Assembly: GCA_963753975.1 (NCBI GenBank) | Contig: CAVWEH010000002.1 | Coordinates: 384,001-448,000, forward strand | DNA from: an uncultured delta proteobacterium | GTDB taxonomy: Bacteria > Desulfobacterota > Syntrophia > Syntrophales > Smithellaceae | DNA: 64,000 nucleotides | Direction of reading: 5' to 3' | Shown here: one piece after another, positions 22,581 to 34,152 of the stretch | How positions within the stretch are numbered: the first letter of the stretch is position 1 | How the letters are laid out: each line of letters begins with the position of its first letter | Made by a program: the position numbers and the translations under genes | The notes under the pieces: model-generated | Seen by the model: the letters and a program-made list of their open reading frames with translations, nothing else | Database searches by the model: none | What the model was told of the DNA's origin: nothing

Positions 22581-23411
22581 CTAATAGCTGTATTCGTAAT
22601 CTTCATTCTGAACTACAGTAAAGTTCTGAGTTTCGATATTATATCGGCGACAAAAAGCAACTCGTCTCAGGATTCCATTACTGTCCGAGTAATCAATATA
22701 TCCGAAAAAGTGCAAAGCTTCGTTCCTATTAGGAAGCACTGCATCGAAGGTTTTCTCCGTATCGAAAGGAAGCTGTTGAGTAATGCTCACCCCACATTCA
22801 ATAGTTTTTTCACCGAGCAAGGATTCACCATAAGGCAAAATACCGTGCAACGGTTCTTTGAGTATTTTGGCTGCCAGACTTCTTGCCTTGATAGTTGCAG
22901 TACTTTCACCAATATTGCCTACGGTACACTCAATTTGATCTCCGATCCAAAAAACTGTATGCACTCTAAGCTTTGGTCGATGAGTCGCAATGAATTCCTC
23001 TCTGGCAAGATCGATACTTTTCTTAGCGGCATTAGCAGCTTTCCTCGTGTAGAGCCACAAGAGAACATTACAGACAAAAAGAAGACCTGTAAAAATCACC
23101 AGCCACAAAGTATATCTGGTTATGGGATCATCCTTAACAGCACCAAACTCACAGTCGCTGTTTTGTTTGTAGCTGTTTTTGGCGGCAGTATTGCTGTTGT
23201 GGGTGTCAAGCTTATCTATTGCGGGCGTCCGATTTGGGGATATATTGTAGTTGTTTTTGGTCTTTATATTACTTTTTGTGCTGGCCTCGGACTTGAGTTT
23301 CCTTGGTTGCGTTTGCCCTTTAGTAGCTGGTGGAGATGGCTCTTGTGAATATGAACTTATTCCCCCAAAGAGAAATAATATTAAGGAAAGCAAAATGATT
23401 ATTTTTTTCAT
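22581..23411 (-). CDS. Hypothetical exported/membrane protein (signal peptide, low-complexity linker, TM, beta-rich C-domain)
   Basis: MKKIIILLSLILFLFGG signal; TM WLVIFTGLLFVCNVLLWLY followed by TRKAANAAKKS...ATHRPKLRV. Confidence 0.75.
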   Translation of the reverse strand: MKKIIILLSLILFLFGGISSYSQEPSPPATKGQTQPRKLKSEASTKSNIKTKNNYNISPNRTPAIDKLDTHNSNTAAKNSYKQNSDCEFGAVKDDPITRYTLWLVIFTGLLFVCNVLLWLYTRKAANAAKKSIDLAREEFIATHRPKLRVHTVFWIGDQIECTVGNIGESTATIKARSLAAKILKEPLHGILPYGESLLGEKTIECGVSITQQLPFDTEKTFDAVLPNRNEALHFFGYIDYSDSNGILRRVAFCRRYNIETQNFTVVQNEDYEYSY

Positions 23412-23490
23412 ACGTGGCATTCCGATTAGAATACGGTCTTTAGGTTAAAAATCAAGTGTATTTTTAGGAAACGAATGATATTATGAATTC

Positions 23491-24105
23491 ATGTTCGATC
23501 CTAATACAAAGAAAAATATCGGTGCTTTTATCAGCTTTATTTGGGGAGATTGGTGGTCTGCAATGAGCGGGGCACTATCAATCCCTTTCATCTTTTTGGG
23601 GGTGTTTAATGCTTTTTCACAAAAAGATATTTTTTACCTTTTGGCAATCGTTTCTTTATTTGTGGTTGCATACCGAACTTGGATACGAATACGCGATATT
23701 TCATTGGAGCGACCACTTCGTTATAAGAATATAAATATAACCGTTACCGGAAACGATCTTCGTTTTGGAATAATGATAAAAAATGAGGGAAATAAACTAC
23801 TGAAATATAAGGTGACAAGATGTTCTCTCGAAGTTGACACCTTATTTATTCCTCAAGGTTCTAACTTCGATTCAGGAAGCCAGAGCATTGAAGCAAATGA
23901 GCAGCTTGTTCATTTTTACGGCGCGACTATTTCTATAAAGCCTAATAGATTTCCTCTTGTGGTTGTAATGGATTTTCTAATTGAATACGATAACGCACCA
24001 CCTTTGAGGGTGAGAAAAATGGGGAGACGGATTAGGTATGAAATAACTTCACTTGCACCCCCTAAGTCTACTGATCTGATTCTTTCTCACACAGATGAGC
24101 CGTAA
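23491..24105 (+). CDS. Hypothetical membrane-anchored protein (2 N-terminal TM, beta-rich domain)
   Basis: 204-aa ORF in AT-rich DNA with two hydrophobic segments. Confidence 0.7.
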   Translation: MFDPNTKKNIGAFISFIWGDWWSAMSGALSIPFIFLGVFNAFSQKDIFYLLAIVSLFVVAYRTWIRIRDISLERPLRYKNINITVTGNDLRFGIMIKNEGNKLLKYKVTRCSLEVDTLFIPQGSNFDSGSQSIEANEQLVHFYGATISIKPNRFPLVVVMDFLIEYDNAPPLRVRKMGRRIRYEITSLAPPKSTDLILSHTDEP

Positions 24106-24248
24106 AGATGTTAGGCTATAAGCTTTTTAAATTCCATTTTTGGAGCATTTAATAGTTTTATGAGAGCATCTCTGAATAAATATTGGGTGATTATTGAAGT
24201 GGTTTGTCAAGTAAACAGTTCCCTTAATTAATTCTAGGAGATTCAGCA

Positions 24249-24821
24249 ATGAATGCTTTAATATCTTGGTTGAATTATAATTCTGGATTTGTTTCAGCTT
24301 GTCTCACATTTGTTTATGTTGTGGCTACAATATTTATTCTTACTAAGAACCATCAACTTGTCCTTGAAATGCGTAGATCGAGGGAGCAACAGATTAAAGC
24401 AAACATCGTGGCCAGTTTTGAGACAAGACGCAAGGGGCTGATGTGTTTTGTATTGCGAAACATGGGAGGATCAGTAGCAAATGAATTAAATATAAATATC
24501 TCGGATGAATTCATAAACTCTTTGGATGAAAAAGAAGGTAATAAGCTTCGTAAATTAAAATCAGCATCCTTAACAATAATCCCGAAGCAAGAAGTAATAT
24601 TTGTGGCTGGCGTAGTTGGGTACTTTGCTAAGTTGACTCAGTCTCAGCTTAAGGGAACGATTACATATAAAGACGTCTTCGGAAAAAGCCAGATTGAGAA
24701 TTTCAACATCGACATTGAATCTTATGGGGAATCACTTCTTTATGGGCCTGGGCTTGACGAATTGACAACTATTATTGATCGTGGATTGGAAAATATTGCC
24801 AGTAGTGTAACGTCAAAATAA
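24249..24821 (+). CDS. Hypothetical membrane-anchored protein (1 N-terminal TM)
   Basis: AGGAG RBS; TM followed by EMRRSRE...RNMGGSVA beta-rich domain. Confidence 0.75.
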   Translation: MNALISWLNYNSGFVSACLTFVYVVATIFILTKNHQLVLEMRRSREQQIKANIVASFETRRKGLMCFVLRNMGGSVANELNINISDEFINSLDEKEGNKLRKLKSASLTIIPKQEVIFVAGVVGYFAKLTQSQLKGTITYKDVFGKSQIENFNIDIESYGESLLYGPGLDELTTIIDRGLENIASSVTSK

Positions 24822-24925
24822 TGATATCGTACTGATACTGGATTTACCAAGAAGTTGCAACCATTTTGCAACCAATTAAGTTACATGGCAAAAAGGGCTA
24901 AGTTATTGAAATTTAAATATTTTAT

Positions 24926-25279
24926 TGGTGGAGGCGGCGGGAGTCGAACCCGCGTCCGAAAACCTTCCGCTGGAGAATCTACGTACATAGCCTTCGATTT
25001 AAACCTTCACGCAGGTTTGCTCCCGAAGGCGGGATCGCACTACGCTATCCTGAAAGTGTTTCGCCGCCCTCCCCCAGGCAGAAAGTTTGGCTATCCTGTC
25101 TAAATGACGTCCTTACAAAGCCAACAGGAAAACCGTGCAGGACGTTAGCCGACCTAAGCGGCTAAGGCGTAATCGTAGTTGTCTGCGATTATATGTTTCC
25201 TACCTATTTAACGAGGCCTGTAGGAACCTCGGTGCGCATCTACAACTTCAAATGTCCCCGTCGAAACCGTGACGCCCCC
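24926..25279 (-). ncRNA. ssrA: Transfer-messenger RNA
   Basis: 5' GGGGGCG / 3' CGCCUCCACCA acceptor stem with G3-U, T-arm GTTCGA; tag ORF 25186-25154 encodes ADNYDYALAA*; smpB nearby. Confidence 0.97.
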
Positions 25280-25413
25280 CAATATTTATTTAATCGTAAT
25301 ATATTAATTTATCACTGATTTGTCAAAGGAAACAAAATTAACAATTGCCTTAAATGATCCCACTCTAAAATTTGGCTGGGAATGCGGATTCAGAATTCAT
25401 CCGGAAGATTTGA

Positions 25414-26326
25414 TCAGCCATGTTTTATGAACGTACCGTTATTATATTCTTCAAAAGCAATCTGCAATTCCTGCTGTGTGTTCATGACAATAGGACCATA
25501 CCAGGCAACCGGTTCACCGATGGGTTTACCGGATATCAAAAGAAAACGAACAGGTTCATTTTTAGTGGAAATAACCAGCTTCTTCCCCATTATCGAATAG
25601 AACAAGATTTCCATCTGTCAAGTATGCCTCTCTCTGAATGTCGAAATAATTTACCCCTTCGACTTCATAGCCAAAAGGATTATTTTCCCGGCAAAAACCG
25701 GCTTGGCCTTCGATAATGTAAGCAAAAACCGTGTGCTTCGGTTTTGTCCGGTGAATAAATTCAGTTTTCGGGGGAATCGTAATATCGCAATAGAAAGGGT
25801 CGGTAACGATATCGCGTACGGGTCCCTTTGTGCCTTCAACCTCGCCGCAAATAATTTTAATTTTCACACCGTCCTTTGCCGAAACTTCCGGAATTTGGCT
25901 TGCCTTTATATCACGATAACGCGGCGGCATCATTTTATGCGTTGCCGGAAGGTTAGCCCAAAGTTGAAAGCCTCCCATATAGCCTGCTTTATCGCCTTTG
26001 GGCATTTCCTGATGGATAACGCCGCTCCCGGCAGTCATCCATTGCACATCTCCGGGACCGATCACGCCACGATTCCCCATACTGTCTCCATGTTCGACAT
26101 TTCCGCCCAGCATATAAGTGATTGTTTCAATTCCCCGATGCGGATGCCACGGGAAGCCTTTGAGGTAGTGAGCGGGATTGCCGGATCGAAAATCATCCAG
26201 GAGCAAAAACGGATCCAAAAGCGGAACTTCACTGAACCCGAAAGCCCGCTTTAAATGAACGCCGGCCCCTTCCAGAGTCGGTTTGCTTTTGATGACCTTC
26301 CGTATCTTTCTGCATTTCATCAGCAT
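25414..26326 (-). CDS. Pirin family protein, +1 frameshift at ~25583
   Basis: DPFLLLDDF, HPHRGIET, QWMTAGSGVIHQE, GPIVMNT; two ORFs join. Confidence 0.92.
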
Positions 26327-26375
26327 GCCCTCGTTTGTTTTTCAATGATCCTTACTTCAGATTATTTATTTAACA

Positions 26376-26852
26376 TCAAACTTTGATCAGCTTTGATTTA
26401 AAGTCACGGGCAATATCGCGGCGCTCTTCGCGCGTCTTTATATCATGGCGCCTATCGTACAATTTTTTCCCCTTGCCGATGCCGATTTCCACCTTAACCT
26501 TGCCGTTTTTGAAATAAAGCTTCAACGGAATCAGCGATAAACCTTTCTCCCGCGATTTGCCGTAGAGTTTCCTGATCTCCCTTTTATGCAAGAGAAGCTT
26601 GCGCGTCCGCAGAGGATCATGATTATAACGATTGCCCTGTTCATACGGGCTGATATGCAATTCTCTGAGGAATACTTCCTCATCATTTACGAAAGCGTAA
26701 CTGTCTTTCAGATTAGCTTTCCCGGCGCGAAGCGACTTGACCTCCGTGCCCGTGAGGACCATTCCTGCTTCGTAAGTATCCGTTATCTCATAGTCTCGGC
26801 GCGCCGTTTTGTTCGAAGCAATCAGTTTTTGTGCTGTATTTTCTTTGGCCAT
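26376..26852 (-). CDS. smpB: SsrA-binding protein
   Basis: [35 protein letters not shown]. Confidence 0.98.
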   Translation of the reverse strand: MAKENTAQKLIASNKTARRDYEITDTYEAGMVLTGTEVKSLRAGKANLKDSYAFVNDEEVFLRELHISPYEQGNRYNHDPLRTRKLLLHKREIRKLYGKSREKGLSLIPLKLYFKNGKVKVEIGIGKGKKLYDRRHDIKTREERRDIARDFKSKLIKV

Positions 26853-26883
26853 AGTTAATTTTTACATTAAATTTCGGATATTG

Positions 26884-27648
26884 CTATAGCTTTTTTGACA
26901 AAGGCAAGAGATAATCGGGTTTTACGTGGCTCATGGCTTTAAAGATATTATCCCTGATGTCTTTATTCTCTCGGGCCAAATTATTCAGAAGGTTCTTCAC
27001 ATACATCCTTTTTGATATTCTGCTTGTCGGGCAATTATTTTCCACGGTTGGGAAAAACCGCTCCTGCTGATATTTTTTAATGAGTTCCTCGCGCAAATAA
27101 ACGAACGGCCGGATAATATGCAGTTTACCGCCGAATATCCTTTGTTTGGGAACCATCGTGCTGATTTCCCGGCCATAAAACATGTTAATCAGCAATGTTT
27201 CTATTATGTCGTCGCGGTGATGCGCAAAAACAATTTTATTGCACCCTTCGGCGGCGGCAATTTCGAAAATTCGTCTCCGGCGCAAGCGTGAGCACAAAAA
27301 ACAAGGATTTTTTTTATTATAATCACTGTGCGCCAAAAGGCCAATATCCGTTTTTTCCATCACATACCGGTAATCGTTCTCCTGCAGATATTTTTCGAGT
27401 GTATCGTAGCCCTCGTAAGAAGCATCGAAGCCCATATCAATATTAACGGCCAGAAGAGAAAACTTTGGAGTAAAGATCATGGGTGAATTGAGCAAATCCA
27501 AAAGCGCAAAGCTGTCCGCCCCTCCGGATACGCCGACGAGCAGCCTATCCCCTTCTTTGATCATCTTAAAATCCAAAATGGCCTTTTCCATCCATTTTTT
27601 TAAATGGAGAAATAGTTTCGTGTTTTTTTCTTTTCTAATATTATCCAT
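26884..27648 (-). CDS. ttcA: tRNA 2-thiocytidine biosynthesis TtcA-family PP-loop ATPase
   Basis: VSGGADS, CFLCSRLRR, HHRDD, IIRP. Confidence 0.8.
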   Translation of the reverse strand: MDNIRKEKNTKLFLHLKKWMEKAILDFKMIKEGDRLLVGVSGGADSFALLDLLNSPMIFTPKFSLLAVNIDMGFDASYEGYDTLEKYLQENDYRYVMEKTDIGLLAHSDYNKKNPCFLCSRLRRRRIFEIAAAEGCNKIVFAHHRDDIIETLLINMFYGREISTMVPKQRIFGGKLHIIRPFVYLREELIKKYQQERFFPTVENNCPTSRISKRMYVKNLLNNLARENKDIRDNIFKAMSHVKPDYLLPLSKKL

Positions 27649-27719
27649 TTGTAAAAACCAAATTTCGCTTCGAAAATAATACCTTTCAACATTCTATTTA
27701 TCCGAGTTTCCGGTGATAA

Positions 27720-29102
<1,383 letters not shown>

Positions 29103-29264
29103 GCCCTCCGCTTCGCGGGATAATTCGACCATCACGCTTCAGTCGTAGATGACCTTTAGGTTATGCACTCTGTTTCTGAAACTTGGGTCTCATTACAACT
29201 TACCGATTCCGCTGCGCCGCGCTTTCAAAGTTGGAGTTTCAGCAATAATTTCCATAAGCTAAAA

Positions 29265-29294
29265 CGGGCCGGCCTTCTTTAAGGCGCCGGCCCG
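29265..29294. terminator. Probable bidirectional intrinsic terminator between convergent eno and plsB
   Basis: cgggccggc...gccggcccg stem flanked by A/T-rich sequence. Confidence 0.6.
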
Positions 29295-29328
29295 CTATTT
29301 GTACTTGAGAAAAAAAATACAGACTTTT

Positions 29329-31959
29329 TTACAGCAGCTTGAAGAGGCGGCGACGCAGTACTTCCATTTCCGCCATGTTTTCGGTCAGGGCATAAGAAAT
29401 TTCTTTCTTACCGCCTTTTTCCTCTTTTAACATTCTGGTTATCAGTTCCGCTTCTTCCAGAAATCTGATCACATTGATATAGTTTGATTGAGAGAGAGCC
29501 TCCGACCGCAAAACCTCACCTTTGCGATAGAGCCTGTCTCCAAGGGTTCTGATTTTTTTCAGCCAATCCTTTTCTTCCAAGGGACTTTTCTTTAAATAAG
29601 AGCAACTTCTAATGACCACCCAGTATGATTCCAAGTAATTATGGATCAATCCGGCAAAAGGTTTCAATTTTACCCTGCCCCTTCCTTTTACTTCTATCCA
29701 AATCTGATCTTTACGTTCTTCGGGCTTGATCATCTTTCTGTTATATAAATAAGCAAGCACGTTATTTACTTCATCCACATCATCTTTGGTTTCATCGAAA
29801 ATAAACTCATTCCACAAAAGCCGCTTGAGAAACTTATAATCTCCCATAATCCGGTCCAGAGACATCACATCTTCATTGCTTTTTATCATGGAGGTAGCCA
29901 CGAAACATAAAGGCACAAAGAAATGCAATATGTTATTCTTATAATACTCCAAGTAGAGCCTTCTTTCGTCTTCCAGTGAATAAACTATCTCCTGCATTTC
30001 TTCCACTTCGTCTTCGTCAGCTTCAATTTTCGTGATGATTTCCGATTGCGTAAAAATATTCAGGGCGTCCGCTATCGCCTTTTCCCGGTAAGCAAAAGTC
30101 GCCGCAAACTTGACTTTCTTTATCGACAAATATTCATAGAATTCATTCAAAATATCCAAGAGCTCGCCGTGAGATATCCCCCGGCGGTCATGGCTCAAAA
30201 TCACGGCGGCAACAAGGGAAAAAGGCGTGACCACGGAGACTTTATTAATTTCCAGAACTATTTCGTAGCCGATTCTTCGATAAAGGCTTTGCCGTTCCTC
30301 CAGAGTCATTTGACCTATTTGCTTTTCCTGGGCTTCCAAATATGATTTCATAATAATCGGCTCGCCGATGTTGACATAAACACGGCCATAGCGCTTGCGC
30401 AATATTTTGCCGGTCTTGATTATCTCGGTTGTGTTTTCCGGAGACTTGGGCGCACCGGCCAGTTCTTTAAGATATGATTTTTCTTCTATCACCCGGTCGT
30501 AACCGATATAAACAGGGATGGCGGCAAAATTATCACAATATTTTTCCTGGTAGGCTTGAATAACCATGGAAAGAAGACCATACTTGGGCATTACCATTTT
30601 TCCGGTTCTGCTGCGTCCACCTTCGATGAAAAACTCCAACGGCAGCCCTTCTTTCAAGAGGATAGCCATATACTTGGCGAATACTTCGGCATAAATTTCA
30701 TTGCCTCTAAAACTGCGCCGCAGAAAAAAAGCTCCGGACTTGCGAAAAATATAACCCAGCGGGAAAAAGGATAAATTATTGCCGGCGGCAATGAAAGGCA
30801 ACTGAATATTATTTTTGTATAAAACATAAGAAAATAAAAGATAATCGATATGAGAACGATGACAGGGAATAATGACAAAAGGCATTTTTTTGGAAATGTT
30901 TCTTATTTTGGCCATGCCCTCGAGATCGATCAGCAAACCATCGTAAATGTTGTTCCACAGCCAATCAAGCAACTTTAACCAGATGTCGATAAATGTTTCA
31001 TTGTAATCGGCGGCAATTTCATAAAGGTACCGGCGCGCTTCTTTCTCCACCGTTGACCTTTCCTTTTTTTCCCTCGCCGCGTAATCAACGATAAACTTTT
31101 TCACGGATTCGTCACTCGAAACCATGCCGATGAGTTCTTCCCGTGATTTTAAGGCAGGTCCGACTACGGTGGTTTTTTCTCTGTCGATGCGGTCAATCAA
31201 TTCGCCCCGTAATTCATGAATAATCGCTTCCTGAGAAAGATCATTACTTTTATTTAAATATTCGGATAATTTAATCGGTTCCGCGGGGATAACAAAAGCA
31301 TTGCTGGAATAACGCATAAAAGTTATCAAACGGCGCCAAGCTCCCGTATGCTCCGTTTGTCCAAAAAGAATATTGATCAGGCTTTCGTTCTCTTTTTCGC
31401 GCCGGCGCCCGTAAGCAACCAAAACAGGCACGACAAAAATGGGAAAATCAACTCTTTTTTGCACATTGATGAGGCTGACGATCGCCCCTTCCGCCGATCT
31501 GCTCTCAATGAATTCCGATTCACCCAAATGAATAATGATACTGTTTTTTTCGCTAACTATCCTCTCTAAATAAGCGAGCTTGCCCAACCAGGCCTTCAGT
31601 TCTTTCCCAAAACGGCGTAAAAAGGACGACCAGAGAAATTTCAGCATTTCCGGCAGCGGCTGCCAAAGAGACATGTTCATGCCGTGGCAATACACCGGCC
31701 GCGGCAGACCCTTTCTCCCGGCAAGTTCATAAACGATGAGGCTATTGAGTTTACTTCTTTGTTTTAAAGCGTAAACCACAACTCCTTCCGCGGAGAGTTT
31801 TTTAATGGCCTCGACATATTCATCGGCAATGGAAACGCGAGAAAGGAATTCTTTGGCTACCTGGAACCGCAAAAAATCCTGCTCATCGTAAATACGTCCC
31901 GAGTAATATTCTTCGTCTTGAGTTTGCGCCTGTGCGGCCGGTTTTGCTTTTTCATTCAT
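29329..31959 (-). CDS. plsB: Glycerol-3-phosphate O-acyltransferase (PlsB-like)
   Basis: HRSHID (HxxxxD), GAFFLRR, FFIEGGRSRTG, 876 aa. Confidence 0.85.
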   Translation of the reverse strand: MNEKAKPAAQAQTQDEEYYSGRIYDEQDFLRFQVAKEFLSRVSIADEYVEAIKKLSAEGVVVYALKQRSKLNSLIVYELAGRKGLPRPVYCHGMNMSLWQPLPEMLKFLWSSFLRRFGKELKAWLGKLAYLERIVSEKNSIIIHLGESEFIESRSAEGAIVSLINVQKRVDFPIFVVPVLVAYGRRREKENESLINILFGQTEHTGAWRRLITFMRYSSNAFVIPAEPIKLSEYLNKSNDLSQEAIIHELRGELIDRIDREKTTVVGPALKSREELIGMVSSDESVKKFIVDYAAREKKERSTVEKEARRYLYEIAADYNETFIDIWLKLLDWLWNNIYDGLLIDLEGMAKIRNISKKMPFVIIPCHRSHIDYLLFSYVLYKNNIQLPFIAAGNNLSFFPLGYIFRKSGAFFLRRSFRGNEIYAEVFAKYMAILLKEGLPLEFFIEGGRSRTGKMVMPKYGLLSMVIQAYQEKYCDNFAAIPVYIGYDRVIEEKSYLKELAGAPKSPENTTEIIKTGKILRKRYGRVYVNIGEPIIMKSYLEAQEKQIGQMTLEERQSLYRRIGYEIVLEINKVSVVTPFSLVAAVILSHDRRGISHGELLDILNEFYEYLSIKKVKFAATFAYREKAIADALNIFTQSEIITKIEADEDEVEEMQEIVYSLEDERRLYLEYYKNNILHFFVPLCFVATSMIKSNEDVMSLDRIMGDYKFLKRLLWNEFIFDETKDDVDEVNNVLAYLYNRKMIKPEERKDQIWIEVKGRGRVKLKPFAGLIHNYLESYWVVIRSCSYLKKSPLEEKDWLKKIRTLGDRLYRKGEVLRSEALSQSNYINVIRFLEEAELITRMLKEEKGGKKEISYALTENMAEMEVLRRRLFKLL

Positions 31960-32085
31960 AAATGAAGCGATCCGTTATTAACAAAAGAAAATATTCGCGT
32001 TTTTTGTTGCCAATTTTTCGCCGGTTTATATTCAAAAAACTCTGTGCGCATCCGCCGGATTTTCCCGCAGGTGTGCTCCAACGGA

Positions 32086-33879
32086 CTATGAGCAATTTTG
32101 CTCTTCTTCCTTTTGAAATTCGCCCGGAAAACGTTCCATCATATAATCCTGAACATGAGAACGTACTTCGGAAGCGGTGCTGAATGTAAGGGCTCTGGCG
32201 AACAGTTCTCTGGATTCTTTCAGCGACGCTTCCCGTATTATTCGTTTAATTCGTGGAATGGCCAGGTGGTTCATGCTCAACTCGTCCAATTGCATTCCCA
32301 GAAGAATCAACGCATACAGGGGATCGCCCGCCATTTCCCCGCACATGGCTACGCGAATTTTCGCCTCATGAGCCGCGTCCACCACTCGCTTGATCAATCT
32401 TAAAATAGCCGGATGCAAAGGCTCGTACAAATAAGTCAGGCGCTCATTGGCTCTGTCTATAGCGAGTGCATACTGGGTCAAATCGTTCGTGCCGATGCTG
32501 AAAAAATCCACCTCTTGAGCCAGTTTGTCCGCAATTTCGACCGCGGCGGGCACTTCAATCATCGCCCCTACTTCCATTTTCGGGGCAATTTCCGCGCCTC
32601 TCTCCAAAAGTTCTTTTCGGGCTTGCTCCAGCAATCTCTTTGCTTCGCGAATTTCCTCGACGCTCGCAATCATCGGGAAGAGAATTTTAACTTTCCCTAC
32701 TGCACTCGCGCGCCAGACAGCCCTTAACTGGGTCTTGAAAAGCTCCGGCTCCCGGAGGCAGAATCGTATTGCCCGCAATCCCATTTGCGGATTCAGTTCT
32801 TTGACATGTTTTTGGTCGGGGGTTAATTTATCGCCGCCCAAATCGAAAGTTCTGATTGTCGACCAGAGTAAATCTTTGGCGCTGACTACCTGGATGTAGT
32901 TATCGTAATGATCTTCTTCCGTGGGTAAATCATGACGGCTTATATATAGGAACTCCGTCCGATAAAGACCGATGTATTCCGCGCCATGCGCAATTGCCGA
33001 AGGTATTTCTTCGACAAACTCGATATTACCTCCTACCTGCACCAGATAATTATCGGTAGTAACGGCCGGCAATTTCGCGTATTTCATATACTCGTCACTG
33101 GTCGCCAGGAAGTGCATCCTTTTTTCTTCGTACCTTTTGATCATTTCCGGATAAGGGTTAACAATGACCACTCCGGAGATGCCGTCCACAATCAATTCAT
33201 CCCCCGTTTTCACCAGCTGGGTAATATTGCCCAGGCCGGCTACGGCGGGCAGTTCCATCGCGCGGGAAACAATGGCCGTGTGTGAAGTCCGGCCGCCGAT
33301 ATCGGTGGCAAAACCGATAACTTTATCCATTTTCATTTGCGCTGTATCAGCCGGGGAAAGATCCGGCGCAATGACAATTACTTCCCCGCCGATTTCCAGA
33401 ACAATTTCTCTTTTTTCGCCGGAAAGATTGCGTAGAATTCTTTGACCGGCATACTGAACATCGCTGATACGGTCCCGGATATAAGCATCGCTCAAGCCTT
33501 CGAATACTTGTTTGTAGTGGTCCAGAGTCAAACGCACCGCCCATTCCGCGTTGATCCCCAAGCGGCGTATATATTTTATGGTGCGATTGCTGAATTTTTT
33601 ATCCTTTAAAATCATGATATGAACGTCAATGACATACAGAGGTTCGGTAATTCTTGATTTTTTGAGGTTTTCCTGAATTTCCAATAACTGGGCTTCCGAA
33701 TCTTTCAGAGACTTCCTGAACCTCTGTATTTCTTTGGGAATAGACGATGATCTCTTAAGTTTATAAAAGGAAATCTGGCTGTCCAGCGGATCGAAGCGAT
33801 AAGCCCTGCCGATAACAACACCCGGAGAAACACCGATGCCTTTAAGTGCAAATGTTTTCTTTGTTTGTTCAGCGGTCAT
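32086..33879 (-). CDS. ptsI: PEP-protein phosphotransferase (Enzyme I)
   Basis: GGRTSHTAI phospho-His, GLYRTEF, SIGTNDLTQY, MCGEMAGDP. Confidence 0.97.
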   Translation of the reverse strand: MTAEQTKKTFALKGIGVSPGVVIGRAYRFDPLDSQISFYKLKRSSSIPKEIQRFRKSLKDSEAQLLEIQENLKKSRITEPLYVIDVHIMILKDKKFSNRTIKYIRRLGINAEWAVRLTLDHYKQVFEGLSDAYIRDRISDVQYAGQRILRNLSGEKREIVLEIGGEVIVIAPDLSPADTAQMKMDKVIGFATDIGGRTSHTAIVSRAMELPAVAGLGNITQLVKTGDELIVDGISGVVIVNPYPEMIKRYEEKRMHFLATSDEYMKYAKLPAVTTDNYLVQVGGNIEFVEEIPSAIAHGAEYIGLYRTEFLYISRHDLPTEEDHYDNYIQVVSAKDLLWSTIRTFDLGGDKLTPDQKHVKELNPQMGLRAIRFCLREPELFKTQLRAVWRASAVGKVKILFPMIASVEEIREAKRLLEQARKELLERGAEIAPKMEVGAMIEVPAAVEIADKLAQEVDFFSIGTNDLTQYALAIDRANERLTYLYEPLHPAILRLIKRVVDAAHEAKIRVAMCGEMAGDPLYALILLGMQLDELSMNHLAIPRIKRIIREASLKESRELFARALTFSTASEVRSHVQDYMMERFPGEFQKEEEQNCS

Positions 33880-33885
33880 CTACGT

Positions 33886-34152
33886 TCAATCTTCTCCAAA
33901 TTTATTTTCAATCAGGTTTTCCAAAGCCTCTATAGCCTTTAATGCGTCAACACCATCGGCTTTTATTGTTAACATTCCGCCTTGGGGACAGGCGAGGGTA
34001 AGTATTCCCAGGATGCTTTTGCCGTTGGCAGTTTGTCCCTTGTGCTCCAGATGAATTTCCGCTTTAAACTGCTGGGCTACTTTTACGAACGCTGCCGCTG
34101 CCCGCGCGTGTATTCCTAATTTGTTTTTTAGCTTTAGGGTTCTAATCTCCAT
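33886..34152 (-). CDS. ptsH: Phosphocarrier protein HPr
   Basis: GIHARAA (His15) and NGKSILG (Ser46). Confidence 0.96.
   Translation of the reverse strand: MEIRTLKLKNKLGIHARAAAAFVKVAQQFKAEIHLEHKGQTANGKSILGILTLACPQGGMLTIKADGVDALKAIEALENLIENKFGED

Larger units (their letters stand above)
22387..24953. mobile_element. Integrase-less genomic islet integrated at ssrA 3' end
   Basis: 29-bp direct repeats, paired TGCAACC repeats inside both ends, AT-rich orphan cargo. Confidence 0.82.

Noticed and set aside
24855..25103. 82-aa + strand ORF
   Set aside because: Antisense to tmRNA; spurious.
29103..29250. Possible ncRNA between eno and plsB (ctgaaactt/gagtttcag stem)
   Set aside because: Some pairing, but no recognisable family motif or promoter.
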